A stretch of DNA of 64,000 bases from an uncultured candidate division Zixibacteria bacterium. Its GTDB lineage: Bacteria > Zixibacteria > MSB-5A5 > SM1-73. The stretch lies in contig CAIVRH010000009.1 in the NCBI GenBank assembly GCA_903908285.1, positions 7,537-71,536 of the forward strand, written 5' to 3'. Under the pieces are notes generated by a model. That model was given only the letters and a program-made list of their open reading frames with translations, had not been told where the DNA came from and made no database searches. Shown here piece after piece: positions 58,040-64,000 of the stretch; the first letter of the stretch is position 1; each line of letters begins with the position of its first letter. Made by a program: the position numbers and the translations under genes.

Positions 58040-58846
58040 ATGCCTTTTTTAGATAACATTAATATCGGACAATATATCCCAGCCAATTCGATAATTCATC
58101 GGTTGGACCCCAGAACCAAGCTTACTATAACTTTGGGAATCATGATCTTAGCAGTGGCAACCACCGATTTGAGGATCTACCTGGGGATAGTGGTGTTTTT
58201 ACTAGCCTTGGCAGCAATTTCGAAAATCCCTCTCCCTTATTACTATCGCAACTTAAAATCATTCTTTTGGCTGTTTTTGCTCACTTTTCTTCTGCATATT
58301 CTCTTTGCACCTAAAGAATCAACTACTTATATAAATTGGTGTTTTGTAAGAATTAATCAACAGGGAATACTGAACGGTATTGTCTATAGCATCAGACTTG
58401 CTATCTTTGTCTTTTCTGCAGCATTTCTGAGCCTAACCACTCAGGCAGTAGAACTAACCGATGCAGTCTTTAAATCTTTCTCCCCTCTGAAGAGGATTAA
58501 ATTTCCAGTGGAGGAAATCTCTTTGATCACCATGATATCATTGAGATTTATTCCTCTGCTTCTGGAGGAAGCCATCACTTTGAAAAAAGCGCAAATTTCC
58601 CGGGGCGCTACATTTGAAGGCGGCTTGATCAAAAGAACTAGGAGGACACTACCTCTTCTGGTGCCGCTATTTATCTCATCTTTCCGAAAAGCGGATGAGC
58701 TGGCATTGGCTTTGGACGCCCGGGGATTCAGAAGCGGGCAAAAACGTACCTCTTTCCAAAAACTGGTATTCAAAGCACCGGATTATCTCTTTTTATCTTT
58801 GATTTTGATGGTGATAGGATTATCTTATTGGATCAAGATGGTTTAG
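58040..58846 (+). CDS. ecfT: Energy-coupling factor transporter T component
   Basis: IGQYIP..S.IHRLDPRTK, SLRFIP, AQISRG and ALDARG motifs. ATG at 58040 preferred over TTG at 58004. Confidence 0.9.
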   Translation: MPFLDNINIGQYIPANSIIHRLDPRTKLTITLGIMILAVATTDLRIYLGIVVFLLALAAISKIPLPYYYRNLKSFFWLFLLTFLLHILFAPKESTTYINWCFVRINQQGILNGIVYSIRLAIFVFSAAFLSLTTQAVELTDAVFKSFSPLKRIKFPVEEISLITMISLRFIPLLLEEAITLKKAQISRGATFEGGLIKRTRRTLPLLVPLFISSFRKADELALALDARGFRSGQKRTSFQKLVFKAPDYLFLSLILMVIGLSYWIKMV

Positions 58847-58855
58847 AATAGCCGA

Positions 58856-59587
58856 ATGCTTAGAAACATAAAACTCGAAATCGAATATGATGGAACTGAT
58901 TTTTATGGCTGGCAGATTCAGCCAAATTTACGCACGGTTCAGGGTGAAATCGAAAACGGTCTTAACGCCATACTGAAACGGAAAGTGAGCCTAATAGGAG
59001 CCGGCAGAACCGATGTCGGAGTTCACGCTTTAGGACAGGTGGCAAATTTCAAGACGGAAAGCGAGCTTGAGTTGGAAGAAATTCAAAAAGCACTAAACGG
59101 ATTTCTCCCTGATGATATTGCCATAAAGAAAACCGAAGAAGTGGATCTGGATTTCAATTCCAGATACAGCGCAAGAAGTAGAACGTACCACTATAGGGTA
59201 GGTTTAAGCAAAACTGCACTTTTTAGAAGATTTGTATGGGAGGTTTCATACTCACTGAATTTGGAAACACTTTTCCGGGCTACTAATGAAATCCAGGGAG
59301 AACATGATTTTACCTCTTTCTGTGTGGCGGAATCCATTAAGGAAAATAACTTGTGCAAAATGAAGCAGGTTTTCTGGGAAAGATCGGGAAATGAGTTGAT
59401 ATTCAAAATCGAAGCAGATAGATTTCTTCATAACATGGTAAGAAGTTTGGTTGGAACTTTAATCGAAGTAGCCCGAGGTTATTTTTCGGTTTCTGATTTT
59501 ATCGAAATAGTGGCAGCGAAAGACAGGAAAAAGGCTGGTCCCACAGCACCAGCGCGAGGGCTTTATTTAGTGGAGGTAAAGTATTAA
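58856..59587 (+). CDS. truA: tRNA pseudouridine(38-40) synthase
   Basis: IEYDGT.F.GWQ.Q, AGRTDVGVHA and FLHNMVR..VG. Confidence 0.97.
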   Translation: MLRNIKLEIEYDGTDFYGWQIQPNLRTVQGEIENGLNAILKRKVSLIGAGRTDVGVHALGQVANFKTESELELEEIQKALNGFLPDDIAIKKTEEVDLDFNSRYSARSRTYHYRVGLSKTALFRRFVWEVSYSLNLETLFRATNEIQGEHDFTSFCVAESIKENNLCKMKQVFWERSGNELIFKIEADRFLHNMVRSLVGTLIEVARGYFSVSDFIEIVAAKDRKKAGPTAPARGLYLVEVKY

Positions 59588-59685
59588 ACTCCGGAGTGCA
59601 AAGCTGTTAGCTTGGCTTAACCGCTTGTATCTGATAAAGTGGACCTGAAGGTTTAAACTCCAATAACAAAACGGGAGGTTGGAAA

Positions 59686-60336
59686 ATGAAATTCTTCATC
59701 GATACGGCTAACTTGGACGAGATCAGAGAAGCTGCCAGCATCGGGATTTTGGATGGAGTTACTACCAATCCAACCCTTCTGGCTAAAGAAAAAGGTAAGG
59801 GAGATTTTAGGACCATTCTAAAGAAAATTTGTGAGTTAGTGGACGGTCCGGTAAGTGCTGAAGTGATAGCCATGGATGCGGAAGGTATGGTTAAGGAAGC
59901 AGAGGATCTGGCCAAACTGCATAAGAACATCGTGATAAAAATCCCTATGTGCAAAGAGGGTTTGAAAGCTATCCGAATGCTCGATGCTAAAGGAATTCAG
60001 ACCAACTGCACCTTGATCTTCTCCCCTATCCAGGCTCTTTTGGCTGCCAAAGCCGGAGCCTCCTTTGTCAGTCCCTTTGTGGGAAGATTGGACGATGCCA
60101 GCCATGTGGGAATGGATCTGATAGAAGACATCGCCACAATTTTCGAAAACTATGATATCTGTACCGAAATCATTGTTGCCAGCGTACGAAACCCTCTGCA
60201 TGTAGTTGAAGCGGCATTGATAGGAGCGGATATAGCTACTATTCCTTTCAAAGTGATCGAGCAGTTAACCAAACATCCCTTGACCGATATCGGTATAAAG
60301 AATTTCTTGGAAGATTGGAAAAAAGTGGACAAGTAA
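59686..60336 (+). CDS. tal: Transaldolase (short TalC/Fsa-family type)
   Basis: GVTTNP, VIKIP (Schiff-base Lys), NCTLIFS and SPFVGR. SAEV (Glu) and SPF (Phe) favour transaldolase over fructose-6-phosphate aldolase. Confidence 0.9.
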   Translation: MKFFIDTANLDEIREAASIGILDGVTTNPTLLAKEKGKGDFRTILKKICELVDGPVSAEVIAMDAEGMVKEAEDLAKLHKNIVIKIPMCKEGLKAIRMLDAKGIQTNCTLIFSPIQALLAAKAGASFVSPFVGRLDDASHVGMDLIEDIATIFENYDICTEIIVASVRNPLHVVEAALIGADIATIPFKVIEQLTKHPLTDIGIKNFLEDWKKVDK

Positions 60337-60458
60337 GAGTTTAGAGCTTAAATTCCAAGCGATCATTAGACTTCTGATTTGAGTATAAGGAATTAAAACA
60401 TCCGGCTAGGCACTGGAAACCTAAAGAGAATCCGAATGATCGGTGGGAAAGGTTAATA

Positions 60459-61751
60459 ATGATTGAAAGATATACCACCTCCAATATGAAGTTTTTATGG
60501 TCTGATCAGAATCGGTTCCAGAAATGGTTGGATATCGAGATACTGGCCTGTGAGGCTATGGCACATCTGGGAATGATTCCCCAGACTGCAGTAAAAAGAA
60601 TCAGACAGAAAGCCGAGTTCGATGTCAAGAGAATCGCCCGGATCGAAGAAAAGACCAAACATGATGTGATCGCATTCCTCACCAACGTGGCTGAAAAGGT
60701 AGGACCTGACTCCAAATATATCCACTTCGGCATGACCTCTTCCGACATCCTGGATACTTCCCTCTCTTTGCTGATGAGGGAAGCGGGAGAAGTGATTCTG
60801 GATGATTTGGAGAAATCAAAGCGATTGATTAAGAAAAGGGCTTATCAATATGAATATACTCCGATTATCGGCAGAACCCATGGGGTTCATGCTGAACCCA
60901 TAACTTTAGGCTTCAAGTTCGCCCTCTGGTACACAGAGATTCAAAGAGACATACATCGTTTGGAGAAAGCAATTGAAATCATATCTGTGGGCAAGATCTC
61001 TGGTGCAGTAGGCTCTTTCTCCAATCTTAGTCCCAAAGTGGAGGAATACGTATGCAAGAAACTCCGCTTAAAACCGGCTCCCATTTCCAGCCAGATAATC
61101 CAGAGAGATAGGCATGCGGAATTCATGACCGCTTTAGCCATCATCGCCGGCACTATCGAAAAATTCGCCACCGAGATTAGAAGCCTGCAGAGAACCGAGA
61201 TTTTGGAGCTGGAGGAAGGTTTCAGCAAAGGACAAAAAGGCTCATCCGCCATGCCTCACAAAAGAAACCCGATCACCTGTGAAAGACTTTGCGGTTTGGC
61301 CCGATTGGTTCGGACTAATTCCCTTGCAGCTTTGGAAAACATTGCTCTGTGGCACGAAAGGGATATCTCTCATTCTTCGGTGGAAAGGGTTATTATACCG
61401 GACTCCACCATTATAGTTGACTATATGTTGATCCAATTTAACCGCATCCTGGAAAATCTCATAGTTTATCCTGAGAACATGATGAAGAATCTGAATAAAA
61501 CCGGGGGGATGATCTTTTCCGGACGTTTACTTCTAGAGCTTTCCCAGAAGACTGCCTCCAAAGAAGAAGCTTACCGGATTGTCCAGGATAACGCCATGAG
61601 AGCTTGGACCGAGAACAAAAACTTCAAGGAACTGATCTCCAACGACAGGCGAATCAGAAAATATCTGAATGCCAAGGACATCGAAGAATGCTTCAGCCTG
61701 GATTATTATCTAAGAAACCTAAATTACGTATTTAAAAGAGTTTTTGAATGA
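60459..61751 (+). CDS. purB: Adenylosuccinate lyase
   Basis: KHDVIAF, HFGMTSSD, GRTHGVHAEP and GSSAMPHKRNP. Confidence 0.97.
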   Translation: MIERYTTSNMKFLWSDQNRFQKWLDIEILACEAMAHLGMIPQTAVKRIRQKAEFDVKRIARIEEKTKHDVIAFLTNVAEKVGPDSKYIHFGMTSSDILDTSLSLLMREAGEVILDDLEKSKRLIKKRAYQYEYTPIIGRTHGVHAEPITLGFKFALWYTEIQRDIHRLEKAIEIISVGKISGAVGSFSNLSPKVEEYVCKKLRLKPAPISSQIIQRDRHAEFMTALAIIAGTIEKFATEIRSLQRTEILELEEGFSKGQKGSSAMPHKRNPITCERLCGLARLVRTNSLAALENIALWHERDISHSSVERVIIPDSTIIVDYMLIQFNRILENLIVYPENMMKNLNKTGGMIFSGRLLLELSQKTASKEEAYRIVQDNAMRAWTENKNFKELISNDRRIRKYLNAKDIEECFSLDYYLRNLNYVFKRVFE

Positions 61752-62392
61752 GTCAAGAAAGTTATGTCTTTCTTTTCCCGTTATTCGGAATATCATTAGT
61801 CTTGCTAATATTCGGAATCTATCATCCGTTTCTGATTATATTATTCTTGTCTTTGCTTTTTTTCTTGTTTTCATTGTTTATAATCTATTTCTTTAGAGAC
61901 CCGGAGCGGATCGCTCCTTCGGGTGATGATTTAATCCTCTCCGCTGCCGATGGCAAGGTGATAACCATAAAACCCGTGGATGATTTTGTGTATATCGGCA
62001 AGGAGGGAACTATGATCAGCATATTCATGTCGGTCCTGGATGTTCATGTCAACCGGATCCCAATTTCTGGTTCGGTGGGCTATATTAAATATCATAAAGG
62101 CAAATTCCTACCTGCTTTTCAGGATAAGGCTTCCCTGGAAAACGAACAGATGGAGATAGGTTTAGAAACCGACTTTGGTCGCATCATTTTGAAACAAATA
62201 GCGGGTATCATAGCCCGTCGGATTGTATGTAAAGTAAAAGCGGGAGACTTAGTAAAAACGGGCCAGCGTTTCGGGATGATCAAGTTCGGTTCCCGGATAG
62301 ACATTTTTCTGCCCAAGAATGCGGAGATCAAAGTAAAACTGAATCAGAAGGTTAAAGCAGGAGAAACCATATTAGGGGTGTTTAAAAAGTGA
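61748..62392 (+). CDS. psd: Phosphatidylserine decarboxylase proenzyme (short type)
   Basis: FFRDPER, SAADGKV, SIFMSVLDVHVNR and FGMIKFGSR (G|S autocleavage site). Confidence 0.93.
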   Translation: MSQESYVFLFPLFGISLVLLIFGIYHPFLIILFLSLLFFLFSLFIIYFFRDPERIAPSGDDLILSAADGKVITIKPVDDFVYIGKEGTMISIFMSVLDVHVNRIPISGSVGYIKYHKGKFLPAFQDKASLENEQMEIGLETDFGRIILKQIAGIIARRIVCKVKAGDLVKTGQRFGMIKFGSRIDIFLPKNAEIKVKLNQKVKAGETILGVFKK

Positions 62393-63108
62393 AGAATATC
62401 AAGGGTATCTTCCCCGGTGTATTCACCGTAGGTAATATGTTTTGCGGCTTTGCCTCTATTCTCTCCAGTTTTGACGGGGAGACCGATTTTGCCATCTGGA
62501 TGATTATTCTGGCGGGTTTTTTCGATGCCTTGGACGGTAAAATCGCCCGTTTCTCCGGATCCGCCTCCAAATTCGGAGTGGAGCTGGATTCATTTGCGGA
62601 TTTAATATCGTTCGGAATCGCACCTGCCATGTTATTCTATAATCTGGGAATTTACCCCTCCGGGAAATGGGGTTGGATACCCGGTTTTGTCTTTGTGATG
62701 TGCGGAGCTTTCCGGTTGGCCCGTTTTAATATTCAGCAGACCAAACTGGGTGAAAAACTGCCATATATGGGTTTACCCATACCTACCGCAGCCATAACTT
62801 TAGTCAGTTATGCCCTGTTCTGCAGCGAAGTTTGGGGTACCTTACGATTCCCCAAAGCCTTGATCACAATGATCATTGCTTTCTCCGGGCTGATGGTAAG
62901 CGGAATAGAATATGAAACCCTGCCAAAATTCACCTTGGGTAACCGGATGAATAAACTCAAACTCGTTTATCTTCTCGTGTTTTTGATAGTCCTGATCATT
63001 AATCCGCGACTGGCATTGTTTCCCTTTGGCTTGATATATATCCTGTCAGGAGTGGTCAAGAGTGGTTTCGAATTGTTTCATACGGGGAAGCAGGAGACCA
63101 TAACATGA
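62389..63108 (+). CDS. pssA: CDP-diacylglycerol--serine O-phosphatidyltransferase
   Basis: D.LDG..AR......FGVELDSFAD..SFG.AP and RLARFN. Confidence 0.93.
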   Translation: MKNIKGIFPGVFTVGNMFCGFASILSSFDGETDFAIWMIILAGFFDALDGKIARFSGSASKFGVELDSFADLISFGIAPAMLFYNLGIYPSGKWGWIPGFVFVMCGAFRLARFNIQQTKLGEKLPYMGLPIPTAAITLVSYALFCSEVWGTLRFPKALITMIIAFSGLMVSGIEYETLPKFTLGNRMNKLKLVYLLVFLIVLIINPRLALFPFGLIYILSGVVKSGFELFHTGKQETIT

Positions 63109-63227
63109 TCTTGGAGTTTAAAGCTTCAGCTTTACTTCCGGTTTATACTCAAAGAGCCTGAAATATTATGTAGTAAAGCAAACCAGAATGTTGATATTCC
63201 GGAAATTTAAAAAGGAGCACAAAATAT

Positions 63228-63491
63228 ATGAGCCAAGAAAACAGCGTGGGCAGAGCTGTAGTTTATGTCAAGCTCAAGGATGGGGTTTTAGATCCTCAGG
63301 GTTCTACCATTAAAAGAGCCTTGGAGGATATGGGATATCAGGGAATTAAGGATATCCATTTCGGAAAGATGTTTGAGATAACTTTTCAGAAGGATGTAAA
63401 AAGTAAACCCGAGGATCTGATTGATGAGATATGTCGTAAGCTTCTCACCAATCCGGTAATAGAGAAATATAACTTCGAGATATTAAAATGA
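63228..63491 (+). CDS. purS: Phosphoribosylformylglycinamidine synthase subunit PurS
   Basis: LK.GVLDPQG, GK.FE and LLTNPVIE.Y. Confidence 0.95.
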   Translation: MSQENSVGRAVVYVKLKDGVLDPQGSTIKRALEDMGYQGIKDIHFGKMFEITFQKDVKSKPEDLIDEICRKLLTNPVIEKYNFEILK

Positions 63492-64000
63492 AATTCGGCG
63501 TAGTGGTCTTTCCCGGCTCGAATTGTGATTATGATGCCTATATGGTGGCTAAAAGCGTGGTCCGCCAGGAAGTGGAATTCCTCTGGCATCAAGACACTTC
63601 CCTTCACAATTGTGATTGTATCATTCTCCCCGGCGGTTTTTCTTATGGAGATTATCTTAGAACCGGTGCTATTGCTCGCTTCTCACCTATCATGAAAAAG
63701 GTAATAGAATTTGCCAAGGATGGGGGAATGGTGGCAGGAATCTGTAATGGTTTTCAGATACTTTTGGAGTCGGGTTTGCTTCCTGGCGCCATGCTAAGGA
63801 ACACCTCCCTGCGTTTCATCTGCAAATTCGTCCAACTCAAAGTAGAAAATAAAGATACGCCATTTACCAATATGTGTAACCAGGGGCAAGTTCTAAGAAT
63901 ACCCATCGCTCATACTGATGGAAACTACTTCATACCGGAAGAGGGTTTAAAACAGCTTCTGGAAAACGACCAGATAGTTTTTCGTTATTGTGATGAAAGA
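63488..64000 (+). CDS. purQ: Phosphoribosylformylglycinamidine synthase subunit PurQ (partial, runs off the window edge)
   Basis: Manual translation: [14 protein letters not shown]...[13 protein letters not shown]...[18 protein letters not shown] overlap with purS. Confidence 0.95.
   Translation, partial: MKFGVVVFPGSNCDYDAYMVAKSVVRQEVEFLWHQDTSLHNCDCIILPGGFSYGDYLRTGAIARFSPIMKKVIEFAKDGGMVAGICNGFQILLESGLLPGAMLRNTSLRFICKFVQLKVENKDTPFTNMCNQGQVLRIPIAHTDGNYFIPEEGLKQLLENDQIVFRYCDER

Overview
A 64-kb bacterial chromosomal segment with no phage, CRISPR array or transposase. The protein repertoire is most consistent with candidate Zixibacteria or a related FCB-group lineage (inference from the FlgD/T9SS-like tails and C-terminal dockerin pairs). 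Housekeeping genes: OPT transporter (partial), vorDBAC-type 2-oxoacid:ferredoxin oxidoreductase, smpB, amidase-murI-rdgB-HAD, pfk, gap-[insert]-pgk-tpiA-secG, argS, ecfT-truA-tal-purB-psd-pssA-purS-purQ and two tRNA-Leu genes. Three accessory themes stand out. (1) A 5-21 kb island of six large secreted proteins. Five end in a T9SS/FlgD-like sorting domain and one, an M14 carboxypeptidase, ends in a dockerin. A second dockerin-tagged protease (C25) lies at 38.7 kb, and the first island gene looks like a cohesin-tipped Ig stalk behind a consensus sigma-54 promoter. Together these suggest a cellulosome-like protease display system (hypothesis). (2) A 10-kb minus-strand sigma-54 signalling cluster that includes a FleS/FleR-like pair and a FliT-like ORF but no flagellar structural genes. 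(3) Next to it, an N-terminally truncated Lon with an intact Ser-Lys protease dyad, but with Walker B, sensor-1 and the arginine finger all substituted. All family calls come from motif recognition by eye; no searches were run.
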